Assembly: GCF_008641065.1 (NCBI RefSeq)
Contig: NZ_VTRS01000012.1
Location: 22,206 to 54,205 of the forward strand
Direction of reading: 5' to 3'
Source: Rhabdaerophilum calidifontis
GTDB lineage: Bacteria > Pseudomonadota > Alphaproteobacteria > Rhizobiales > Beijerinckiaceae
DNA: 32,000 bases
Position numbers and translations under genes: made by a program. Shown in pieces: positions 6,981-15,800 of this stretch. Position 1 is the first letter of the stretch, and each line of letters opens with the position of its first letter. A model generated the notes under the pieces. The model made no database searches, was not told the origin of the DNA, and saw nothing but the letters and a program-made list of their open reading frames with translations.

Positions 6981-8960
6981 ATGACCCGAAACATCGACCT
7001 GCCACCGCTGACGCGGGCGGCGGACCTGTTGCCTGCGTCGATCGATGCGGCCGAGCGCACCATCGAGGTTGTCTGGTCCACGGGCGCGCGTGTGCGCCGT
7101 ACTCCGTTCTTCGGCGATCCGTTCGACGAGGAACTGGCGATGGATCCGCGCGCCGTCCGTCTCGATCGCCTGAACGCGGGCGCGCCGCTCCTGAAGGTGC
7201 ATGATGCTTCCGTGCTCGACAGCGTCATCGGCTCGGTCGTGCCCGGCAGCGCCCGCATCGAGAACGGGCGCGGCATCGCCCGCGTCCGCTTTTCCGACCG
7301 GACCGAAGTCGAACCGCTCTGGAAGGACGTCGAGGCTGGGCACATCCGTGCGGTCTCGATCGGCTACCAGGTCCATCGCTTCGAGGTGACCAGGCAGGCG
7401 GGCGCACCCGAGCTGTGGCGCGCGGTCGACTGGACGCCCTTCGAGATTTCCGCCGTGCCGATCGGCGCTGATCCGGCAGCGGGTTTCCGCGCCGAGACAT
7501 CCTCCGAAAGTTCTTTGCCCCTTCACCCCTGCGTCGTCCACCGCGCCGACGCTCCATCCAAGGAGAAAGCAGCCATGGACGACGCTGTGACCGACAACAC
7601 TGAGACGCAGACGCGCCAGGCCGCGCCTGAACCGCAGGATCGCGTGCCGACCACACCCGTGATCGATGCGGAGACGATCGCCGCCCGCGCGCGCGATTCC
7701 GAACGCGAGCGGGTCGGAACTATCTACGATCTTGCCGGCCGCCTCCACCTCGAGCGCAGCTTCGCCGACGATCTCGTCAAGCGCGGCGTGACGCTTGATG
7801 CGGCGCGCAGCGAGATCCTCGACAAGGTCGCGACCGACGCCGAGAAGACGCGGGTTTCGCCTCAGGTCAGCATCCCGCTCGGCGGCCGCGATGAGCGCGT
7901 CACGCGTCGTGACGCCGTGTCGAACGCTCTTTTGCACCGCTACTCGCCGACGCTCTTCCCCTTGAGCGAACCGGCGCGGGAATATCGCGGCATGACGCTG
8001 GTGGAGCACGCCCGCGAGTTCCTCTCAAGCTCGGGCGTCAATGTCCGGGGCATGTCGCGTGATGAGATCGCCACCCGCGCCCTTCACTCCACCTCGGACT
8101 TCCCCGAAGTTCTCGCCGCCGTGACGGGCAAGACGCTGCGGCAGGCCTATGATGCCTATCCGCGCACTTACGTTCCCTTCTGCCGGCAGGTTCTCGCGAC
8201 CGACTTCAAGGCGATGCACCGTGTCCAGCTCGGCGAAGCGCCGCAGCTCGTGAAGGTCAACGAGGGCGGCGAGTTCAAGCGCGGCACTCTTGCCGAAGGG
8301 CGCGAGAGCTACCGTGTCGAGACCTACGGACGCGTCGTTGCGGTTACCCGGCAGGTCCTCATCAACGACGATCTCGACGCCTTCACCCGCATTCCGGCGA
8401 TGTATGGCACGGCAATCGCCACGCTGGAGAGCGACGTGGTCTGGGGCATCATCCTGGCCAACGCCGCAATGAGCGACTCCATCGCGTTGTTCCACCAGAA
8501 CCACGGCAATCTGGCGAACCCGGCCACCGCGCTCAGCGTCACCGCGATCGGCGCGGCGCGCGCGGCCATGGCCCGACAGACCGGCCTCGACAAGAAGACA
8601 ATCCTCAATGTCCGGCCCGCCTACCTCATCGTGCCGGCATCGCTCGAACTCGCGGCCGAGCAGCTGGTGGCGCAGAACTTGGTGCCGGCCCAGACCGGCA
8701 ACGTGGTCCCGTCCTCGATCCGCACCCTGACGCCGATCTCCGAGCCTCGTCTCGACGCCGCGAGCCTTACCGCCTGGTATCTCGCCGCGAACCCCGCCCA
8801 GATCGACACCATCGAGTACGCCTATCTCGAAGGCCAGCAAGGCGCCTACATCGAGACGCGCAACGGCTTCGATGTCGACGGCGTCGAGATCAAGTGCCGC
8901 CTCGACTTCGGCGCGAAGGCGATCGACTGGCGCGGCCTCTACCGCAATCCCGGCGCGTGA
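6981..8960 (+). CDS. prohead protease-major capsid protein fusion
   Basis: A single 659-aa ORF. The N-terminal roughly 190 aa resemble a caudoviral prohead serine protease (VHDASVLDSVIGSV...VEAGHIRAVSIGY). The middle is an acidic/charged linker. The C-terminal roughly 330 aa resemble an HK97-fold capsid protein (SDFPEVLAAVTGKTLRQAYD...RVVAVTRQVLINDDL). Confidence 0.8.
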   Translation: MTRNIDLPPLTRAADLLPASIDAAERTIEVVWSTGARVRRTPFFGDPFDEELAMDPRAVRLDRLNAGAPLLKVHDASVLDSVIGSVVPGSARIENGRGIARVRFSDRTEVEPLWKDVEAGHIRAVSIGYQVHRFEVTRQAGAPELWRAVDWTPFEISAVPIGADPAAGFRAETSSESSLPLHPCVVHRADAPSKEKAAMDDAVTDNTETQTRQAAPEPQDRVPTTPVIDAETIAARARDSERERVGTIYDLAGRLHLERSFADDLVKRGVTLDAARSEILDKVATDAEKTRVSPQVSIPLGGRDERVTRRDAVSNALLHRYSPTLFPLSEPAREYRGMTLVEHAREFLSSSGVNVRGMSRDEIATRALHSTSDFPEVLAAVTGKTLRQAYDAYPRTYVPFCRQVLATDFKAMHRVQLGEAPQLVKVNEGGEFKRGTLAEGRESYRVETYGRVVAVTRQVLINDDLDAFTRIPAMYGTAIATLESDVVWGIILANAAMSDSIALFHQNHGNLANPATALSVTAIGAARAAMARQTGLDKKTILNVRPAYLIVPASLELAAEQLVAQNLVPAQTGNVVPSSIRTLTPISEPRLDAASLTAWYLAANPAQIDTIEYAYLEGQQGAYIETRNGFDVDGVEIKCRLDFGAKAIDWRGLYRNPGA

Positions 8961-9008
8961 TCGCCGCCGGAACTCTTCCCCATCATCTGACACACTCGGA
9001 GAACTCCA

Positions 9009-9344
9009 ATGCGCGGCTACGTCCAGCCCGGCAATACCATCACGCTTCCCGCCCCCTATGCCGTCGCCTCCGGCGATGGACTGCTGGTGGGCGCGATCTT
9101 CGGCATCGCGACCGGATCGGCGGCCATCAACGCCGAGGTCGAGACCCTCACCGAGGGCGTGGTCGAACTGCGCAAGGCCCCGTCCCAGGCATGGGCCGTC
9201 GGCGCGCGCATCTACTGGGACAACGCCGCACGTCTCGCGACGACTGTGGTCGCATCGAACACCCTGATCGGCGCTGCGACCGAACCGGTGGCAGGCGGCG
9301 CCAGCGATACGATCGGCCGCGTTCGGCTGAACGGCAGCTTCTGA
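9009..9344 (+). CDS. DUF2190-like protein (capsid decoration/cement type)
   Basis: 111 aa reading MRGYVQPGNTITLPAPYAVASGDGLLVG...IYWDNAA...IGAATE, with an RBS GGAGAA. It sits right after the capsid gene. Confidence 0.75.
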   Translation: MRGYVQPGNTITLPAPYAVASGDGLLVGAIFGIATGSAAINAEVETLTEGVVELRKAPSQAWAVGARIYWDNAARLATTVVASNTLIGAATEPVAGGASDTIGRVRLNGSF

Positions 9345-9345
9345 C

Positions 9346-9660
9346 GTGAACGCGTTCGCGGCAGCGCTCGACACCCTGTTCGCCGATCCGAACCTTGGCG
9401 AGCACGCTCTGTGGCAGGCGGGCGGCATCGGCCCCGGTGTCCCCGTCCGCGTCATCCGCCGCCGCCCGGACGCCGTGGTCGAGTTCGGGGCGTCCCGCGC
9501 CTTGATGGCGACCGTTCTGCTCGACCTGCGCAGGACCGAAGCTGCGGCAATCGATGAGGGCGATCTCGTCGTGATCGGGACGGAGACCTTTAAGATCATC
9601 GGGACGCCCTCATCCGATCCCATGGGGCTCGTCCTCACCTGCGAGGCGGTCAAGGTCTGA
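9346..9660 (+). CDS. head-tail joining / head completion protein
   Basis: 104 aa, GTG start 1 nt after the upstream stop. The pattern AFA..LDTLFADPNLGE.A.....G....VRVI.RRPD...EFG is typical of head-tail joining proteins in this gene position. Confidence 0.6.
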   Translation: MNAFAAALDTLFADPNLGEHALWQAGGIGPGVPVRVIRRRPDAVVEFGASRALMATVLLDLRRTEAAAIDEGDLVVIGTETFKIIGTPSSDPMGLVLTCEAVKV

Positions 9661-9664
9661 TCCC

Positions 9665-10297
9665 ATGCGCTTCAACCTTGAACGTCCCGACATGCGCAAG
9701 GCGCTGGCGGGCACGCAGCAGGATATCGAACGCGCCGTCACCTCCGGGATGCGAGATGCTTCAGTCGAGCTGAAGGCGCGCTTGCGCGAAGATGTCGTCT
9801 CATCCGGCCTTGGCGAACGCCTCTCGCGGACATGGAGGGGCAAGGTATTCCCCGAGGTCGGCGAGAGCGTCGAAGCCGCAGCCTTCGTCTGGTCGAAGGC
9901 CCCGAAGCTCATCGACGCTTTCGATCGCGGCGTCACCATTCGCTCGGCGCGAGGCTTCTGGCTGGCGATTCCGACACCCGCCGCCGGGACGCGCGGGCGA
10001 GGACCGAACGGGCGTGCGTCACGCATCACGCCCGGCGGCTGGGAACGGCGCACCGGCATGCGGCTGCGCTTCGTCTACCGCAAGCGCGGCCCTTCGCTTC
10101 TGGTCGCCGATGCGGCCCGCATCAACACGCGCGGATTGGCGGCAGCGAACAGGCGCAAGACCGGTCATTCAACCGTGATCGTGTTCCTGCTTGTGCCCCA
10201 GGTCACGCTCCGCAAGCGGCTCAACATCGATGCGATCGCGAAGCGGCAAGCCGCGCGCGTTCCGACCCTAATCGCGCGGCACTGGCCGCGATCCTGA
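9665..10297 (+). CDS. neck/tail-completion region protein (possibly DUF6441-like)
   Basis: 210-aa ORF, tightly packed with high third-position GC. The function is assigned from synteny between the connector and tail genes only. Confidence 0.5.
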   Translation: MRFNLERPDMRKALAGTQQDIERAVTSGMRDASVELKARLREDVVSSGLGERLSRTWRGKVFPEVGESVEAAAFVWSKAPKLIDAFDRGVTIRSARGFWLAIPTPAAGTRGRGPNGRASRITPGGWERRTGMRLRFVYRKRGPSLLVADAARINTRGLAAANRRKTGHSTVIVFLLVPQVTLRKRLNIDAIAKRQAARVPTLIARHWPRS

Positions 10298-10304
10298 AGG
10301 CTCT

Positions 10305-10745
10305 TTGTTCATGCCCTCGAAACGCGAAACCGTCCTCGGCGCGGTCAAGGCGCTCGTCGCCGATGCCCTGCCGGGCGCGGAGGTGAAGCGCAATCTCGCC
10401 AAGCCGGAGCGCATTCCGCCGGGGGGACTGGTCGTGATCCGCGATGGCGATCCGGGCGAGCCCGACGTCACGCTCTCGCCGGTATCTTACCTCTACACCC
10501 ATCGCATTCCCGTCGAGATCGCCGCCTTCGAGAGCGCGACGCTCACGCGTGAGCAGGTGCTCGACGGCATGCTTGCCGCCATCGGCGCGGCGATCATCGC
10601 CAACCGCAGGCTCGGCGGGCTTGTCGACTGGATCGAGGCGGAGGCCCCGTCCTCCGAGGATATCGAGACCACGGGCAGTCAGGTCGGCCGCTTCGCCGAT
10701 GTCGTGATCGTCGCCACCTACGCCACCGCCGATCCGCTCAACTAA
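10305..10745 (+). CDS. putative tail terminator/completion protein
   Basis: 146 aa (TTG at 10305 or ATG at 10311), immediately upstream of the tail tube gene. The function is positional only. Confidence 0.5.
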   Translation: MFMPSKRETVLGAVKALVADALPGAEVKRNLAKPERIPPGGLVVIRDGDPGEPDVTLSPVSYLYTHRIPVEIAAFESATLTREQVLDGMLAAIGAAIIANRRLGGLVDWIEAEAPSSEDIETTGSQVGRFADVVIVATYATADPLN

Positions 10746-10747
10746 GT

Positions 10748-10809
10748 GACGGCCCTTCGACGGCGCTCGGGCATTTGGAACCGATCGACGGTCCTTCGAC
10801 GGCGCTCGG
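10748..10809. repeat. two 23-bp direct repeats (1 mismatch) in the intergenic region before the tube gene
   Basis: GACGGCCCTTCGACGGCGCTCGG (10748-10770) and GACGGTCCTTCGACGGCGCTCGG (10787-10809), with starts 39 bp apart. Confidence 0.7.
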
Positions 10810-10880
10810 ACCTTCGGCACTGAACAGCGCCGGTCGGGCCCCGCTCAGGCCCCTACACCAAACCAGATGGAGAACAACCC

Positions 10881-12128
10881 ATGCCTCGCGCACGCGGCGT
10901 GAACGCGGCTCTCGCCGCCGTGTTCGAAAGCACCTATGGCACACCGCCCGGCACCGGCTTTCGCCGCATGCCATTCGCCTCGGTCAACATCGGCGAGGAA
11001 CAGGGCCTGATCGCCAGCGAGCTTCTCGGCTTCGGCCGCGAGCCGCTGGCGCCGGTCTATGACGTGATCACCAACACGGGCGATCTCGTCGTTCCCGTGG
11101 ATACCCGCAACATCGGCGTCTGGCTGCGCGGCCTGATGGGCGCGCCGACGACGGTTGCCGCGAACGCAGCCACCGGAACGATCACGCTGACCGCGAACCT
11201 TCTGGTCAACGACACGGTGACGGTCGATGGCACGGTCTATACCGCCGTCGCCTCCGGCGCGACGGGCCAGCAGTTCAACCTCGGCGGCACGGCGGCGCTC
11301 ACCGCCACTGCGCTCGCCGCGATCATCAATCCGAGCGCGAACGTCGCGGCCGCGGCGGTTGGCACGGTCGTCAACCTGACCGCCAAGGCGCTGGGACCGG
11401 GCGGCAATGCGCGGACGCTGGCGACGAACGCGCCAACGCGCGCTAGCCTGTCCGGGGCGACGCTGTCGGGCGGCGCCAACAGCCATACCTGGTTCTCGGG
11501 CGCGCAGGCTCTCCCCTCGATGTCGATCGAGGTCCAGCTTCCCGACGTGCCCTTCTTCGGCATGAACTACGGCGCGCGCATCAACAGCTTCCAGGTTCAG
11601 GCGCAGCGATCCGGGCTTCTGACCGCCTCGCTCAACATCATGGCGCAGGGCGAGACCATCGCCTCCACGGCGCAGTCCGGCACGCTGTCGGAGTTCGTGC
11701 TGGAGCGCTTCGGCCAGTTCCAGGGCGAGGTCCGGCGCAACAACGTAGCGCTCGGCAACGTCATCTCGGCGGAACTCACCTATTCGAACAACCTCGAAGC
11801 AGTCGAGGTGATCCGCAGCGACGGGCGCATCGCCGATGCCGATCCGGGCATCATCGCGCTGACCGGCAACATCACCACCCGCTTCGAGGACCGCGTCCTT
11901 CTCGATCAGGCCACCAACCGCCTGCCGTGCGAGCTTCAGTTCCGTTGGGCGGCCGGCGCAGCCGCATCGCTGGTCTGGACCGCGCACCGGGTCTTCCTGC
12001 CGCGCGGCGACCGTCAGATCCAGGGGCCGGGCGGCGTGCAGGCCCCGTTCGCATTCCAGGCCGCGATCGATCCGGTGCTGAACCGCGCCGCGACCTGCGT
12101 GCTCACCAATGACATCGCGTCCTACTGA
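10881..12128 (+). CDS. major tail tube protein carrying an internal Ala/Thr/Gly-rich insertion domain
   Basis: 415 aa with a strong RBS GGAGAA. It sits upstream of the chaperone and tape measure genes. Residues about 93-200 (nt about 11157-11480) are a compositionally distinct block. Confidence 0.7.
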   Translation: MPRARGVNAALAAVFESTYGTPPGTGFRRMPFASVNIGEEQGLIASELLGFGREPLAPVYDVITNTGDLVVPVDTRNIGVWLRGLMGAPTTVAANAATGTITLTANLLVNDTVTVDGTVYTAVASGATGQQFNLGGTAALTATALAAIINPSANVAAAAVGTVVNLTAKALGPGGNARTLATNAPTRASLSGATLSGGANSHTWFSGAQALPSMSIEVQLPDVPFFGMNYGARINSFQVQAQRSGLLTASLNIMAQGETIASTAQSGTLSEFVLERFGQFQGEVRRNNVALGNVISAELTYSNNLEAVEVIRSDGRIADADPGIIALTGNITTRFEDRVLLDQATNRLPCELQFRWAAGAAASLVWTAHRVFLPRGDRQIQGPGGVQAPFAFQAAIDPVLNRAATCVLTNDIASY

Positions 12129-12150
12129 CCCGTTCCGACAGGAGGCTCCC

Positions 12151-12528
12151 TTGCTCAAGCTCTCGACACCATCCCGCGAGCCCTTCTGGCTCGACATCCT
12201 GCCGGGCGTGCGCATCCAGTTCCGGCCGATCTCCGTCGCCGACATGCTCGTCGCCCGCGCCGCCGCCGCCGAGTCTCTCGGCACGAAGGTCGAGGGCGCC
12301 ATGGCCCTCGACCGGAGCACCACGGTCGCGGCCGGCGCGGCCTTCACGCGCTCTCTCGCGCTGAGCGGCATCGTGGCGTGGGAGGGCATCGGCGATGCCG
12401 GCGGCAAGCCGATCGATCCGAACCCGGTCGCTATCAATCAGCTGCTCGAGGTCTGGCCGGCCTTCGACGCCATCGATCGGCTCTATGTCGGCCCGGCCTT
12501 GACGAGGCTTGACGAAAAAAACGTCTGA
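12151..12528 (+). CDS. tail assembly chaperone (gpG analogue)
   Basis: TTG at 12151 lies 5 nt after GGAGG (12141-12145). An alternative ATG at 12109 overlaps the tube gene. The ORF ends 6 nt after an A7 run and lies directly upstream of the tape measure gene. Confidence 0.7.
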   Translation: MLKLSTPSREPFWLDILPGVRIQFRPISVADMLVARAAAAESLGTKVEGAMALDRSTTVAAGAAFTRSLALSGIVAWEGIGDAGGKPIDPNPVAINQLLEVWPAFDAIDRLYVGPALTRLDEKNV

Positions 12529-12845
12529 TCGCCCTCGCGCGCTGGCACTTCGAGGGCGGCGAGGGCTACTGCGCTGCCTGTCCGTCGCGATGTGGGGCTT
12601 GCGCCTATGTCGAGCACGCGCCCGTGACGGCCGAGGGGCTTCTTGCTTGGGAGGTCATCCGCCGCTGCGCGGGACAGGTGCGCGCCGTGATGGGCGGTGT
12701 CTACGCCATCGACTTCGGCGCGGTGCTCGCTTTGGCTGAGGCCATGGATGCAGCCTCGCCGCTGCTGGCCGACATCCTCCCCGAGATCGAGCCGATCGTC
12801 GTGGCCGCCTACGGCCGCGACGCTGGCCGTCCCAATCGCGATTGA
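12151..12845 (+). CDS. tail assembly chaperone -1 frameshift product (gpGT analogue) with a DUF1799-like extension
   Basis: The -1 frame opens at 12513, right after a TGA at 12510-12512. It stays open to the TGA at 12843-12845, 12 nt before the tape measure start. The extension reads RLIALARWHFEGGEGYCAACPSRCGACAYVEH...LLAWEVIRRCAGQVRAVMGGVYAIDFGAVLALAEAM. Confidence 0.65.
12516..12522 (+). other. programmed -1 ribosomal frameshift slippery heptamer A_AAA_AAC
   Basis: The zero-frame codons are GAA AAA AAC GTC TGA. The heptamer fits X_XXY_YYZ and lies at the 3' end of the chaperone ORF. Confidence 0.65.
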
Positions 12846-12857
12846 GCAAACCTACCC

Positions 12858-15800
12858 ATGTCCACCACCAATGTCTCGATCCGCCTCGGCGTCGAAGGCA
12901 AGGCGGAGGTCAAGCGCGCCTTCGAGGAGGTCGGCCAGGCGGGCACGCAGGCCTTCGGGCAGGTCGATCGGGCGCTTGAGAAGACGGGAGCCGCGACCGA
13001 TCGCGAAACTGCCCGGTTCAAGCGTCTGGCGGAAGCCGCCCGCATGGCGGCTCAGGCCGAGGCCGCGCAGGGACGGTTCAATCAGGTTCTGGGCGTCGAC
13101 CGACAGGCGGCGGGTTCGGCGCGCGCGTCGGCGGAAGTCTTCGAACAGGCCGCGAGGGAAGCCGAACGTTACGAGACCCGCGCCCGGGCGCTGCGCGCGA
13201 CGCTTGATCCGCTCGCCGCCGCGCAGGACCGGCTCAATGCCGAACTCGCCGAGCATGCGGCGCTCGCCAGCCGTGGCGCGATCACGACCGCCGAGCAGGC
13301 GGCCGCGAATGCGCTGGCGAAGTCGCGCTTCGATCAGACCGCGCAGGCGATCAAGGGCGTTGGCGCCAACTCGAAGCTCACGACCCAGCAGGTCATGACG
13401 CTTCAGTACACGGTGAACGACGTGATCGCGTCGATGTCCACCGGCATGTCGCCGATGACCATCCTGATGCAGCAGGGCGGACAGGTGACGCAGGCCTTCG
13501 GCGGCTTGCGCGGCACGATCATGACGCTCGGCTCCGCCATCGGCGTCGTCGGCGGAGTCATTGCCGGCGTTGCCGTCTCGGTTGGCGTGCTCACGGCGGC
13601 GTGGTTCGCCAATGACGCCTCGACACGAGCTGTCGCCACGGCGCTCGCCGGTGTCGGCCGCGCGTCCGGCGCGACCGCCGCACAGCTTGAGCAGGTCGCG
13701 CAATCCTCCGCCGAGGCCGGCAAGGTCTCGGTGTCGTCGGCGCGTGACATGCAGGTCGCGTTCCTGCGCACAGGCAAGATCGGCGCGGAAGAAATGGGCC
13801 GCGCCATCGCGGTCTCGCGCAATCTTGGCGTCACGCTCGGCGTCGAGACCACGCAGGGCGCGGAGGAACTCGCCCGCGCGCTGGCCGATCCGTTGCGCGG
13901 TGCGGATGAACTCAACGACCGCATCCGCTTCCTGGATGACCGCACCCGCGCCTATGTCCGCACGCTGGTCGATCAGAACAACCGGGCGGAAGCGCAGCGC
14001 GTCATCCTGAACGCGCTTGCGCCCTCGCTGGCCGACGCCGAACAGGCGGTCAATGCGCTCGGGCGGGCCTGGCAGTTCGTCGGGCGCTCGGCCTCGAATG
14101 CCTTCGACGCGCTGGGCAAGGCCGTCGACCGGGCGGTGGATGGCCGCACACCCACGGAGGAACTGGACCTGCTGCGCTGGCAGCAGGAGCGGCTCAGGGC
14201 GAATGTGCGCGGCAATGTCGTGCCGCTCATGCTGCCTCAGGTCGAGCGGCGGATCGCTGAACTCGAACGGCAGCTCAACGACCAACAGGAGCGTGCGAGG
14301 CGGATCGCCGCGGAGGCCCGCGCTAACGAGCAATCGGTGCGCGCTGGCGAGATCGCCCGCGACACCAACCCCGGCGCGCGCGAGATCGAGCGGCTGCGGA
14401 CGCAGGAAGGCGTGCTCCGCGCCGCGCTCGCCGATCCGCTGGTCCGCTCGAAACTGGCCGATGTGGCGGAGGTCGAAGCGGCCTACCGGCGTGTCATCAC
14501 GGAACTCGCCCGCTACCGACCCTCGGTCGATGCGGCGACGCAGGCCGTGGTGGAGCAGACCTCCGCCACGGACATCTCGATCCGCGCGACGCTCTCTCTG
14601 GCCGAGGCCTATCTCGAAAGCGCCGAGGCCGCCGCGCGCGCGGAAGCACGCCGGCAAGGGCTCGTCGATCAGGCCCGCGAGGGCGTCAACGCCGAAACCC
14701 GCGCGCGGCAGGCTCTGCGGGAACGGATCGCCGAACAGGCGGTCGAGGCCGCCCGGCAGGTATCGGAACTGGGCCGCCAGATCGACGGCCAGCGTCGGCT
14801 GAACGAAGCGATCGCGTCCGGTGCGCTCTCTTCCCAGCGCGCCCAGCAGATCATGCAGGTCGAGCAGGCGCTGCGCCCGCTGATCACGGCGCAGACGCTG
14901 GCCGAAGGCGAGGCCAAGGAGAAGCTCGGTCGCATCATCGACCGCACGCGCGAAGCCTACGAGCAGCTTCACCGCGAGCAGAACCGCACGGACCTTCTTC
15001 AAGGCATCGAACGACGCCGCGACGAGATCGCGCTGCGTGAGCGGGAACTGTCGCTGGTCCGGCGTGGCCCGGCCGCGCGTCGCGAGGGCGTCGATCAGCT
15101 GCGTTTCGAGCAGGAGCTGAAGCGGCTCGGGATCGACCCGAACGATCCCGAGGCCAGTTACTCCCGCGAGCAGATCAGGCGGCTCAACCAGTTGGGGCGC
15201 CAGACGACGGGTCGCGAGGCGGCGTTTGATTACGAGCAGCAGAACACCGGTCTCGCCCGCGAGGTCGAGCTCCTGAAGCAGGGCGTCTCGGCCCGCTCGG
15301 AAGCCATCGCCATGATCCGCGCCGAGCAGCAGCTTCGGCGGCAAGGGATCGATCCGGCGGGAGCCGAGGGACAGGCCGCGCTTGCCGCCGCCCGCCGCCA
15401 GTTCGCGCTTGAGCGCCAGGCGGAGGCGCAAGTCGCCTTGCAGGATCAGCGCGCCGAGATCGCCCTGATCGAGACCCAGATCGGCCTGATCGGCGCCTCC
15501 GCCCAGCAGCGTGAGACGGTGCTGGCGACCATGCGCGCCGAACAGGATCTGCGCCGGCGCGGCATCGACCTCGCGAGCGAGGAAGGCCGCGCCATTGTCG
15601 CCAATGCCGTCCGGTTGCAGCAACTGACGACGGAACTGCAGCGGCAGGAAGCGACGCAGCGGGCCTTGCAGGGCGCGATCGGCAACGCGCTCGACCGGTT
15701 CGGAACGCTGCTGGCGCAAGGCAAGACCGACTGGAAATCGTGGGCGGATGCCGGCCAGGCGGCGATCAACGACATCATGAACGAGCTCATCAAGCTCGCG

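Noticed and set aside
12509-12739. 76-aa ORF (MTKKTSDRPRALALRGRRG...) overlapping the chaperone 3' end, considered as the possible downstream chaperone gene.
   Set aside because: It is in the wrong frame relative to the slippery site, since the +1 frame cannot be reached by a -1 shift. Its translation is Arg/Gly/Leu-rich nonsense. The -1 frame gives a sensible DUF1799-like sequence instead.
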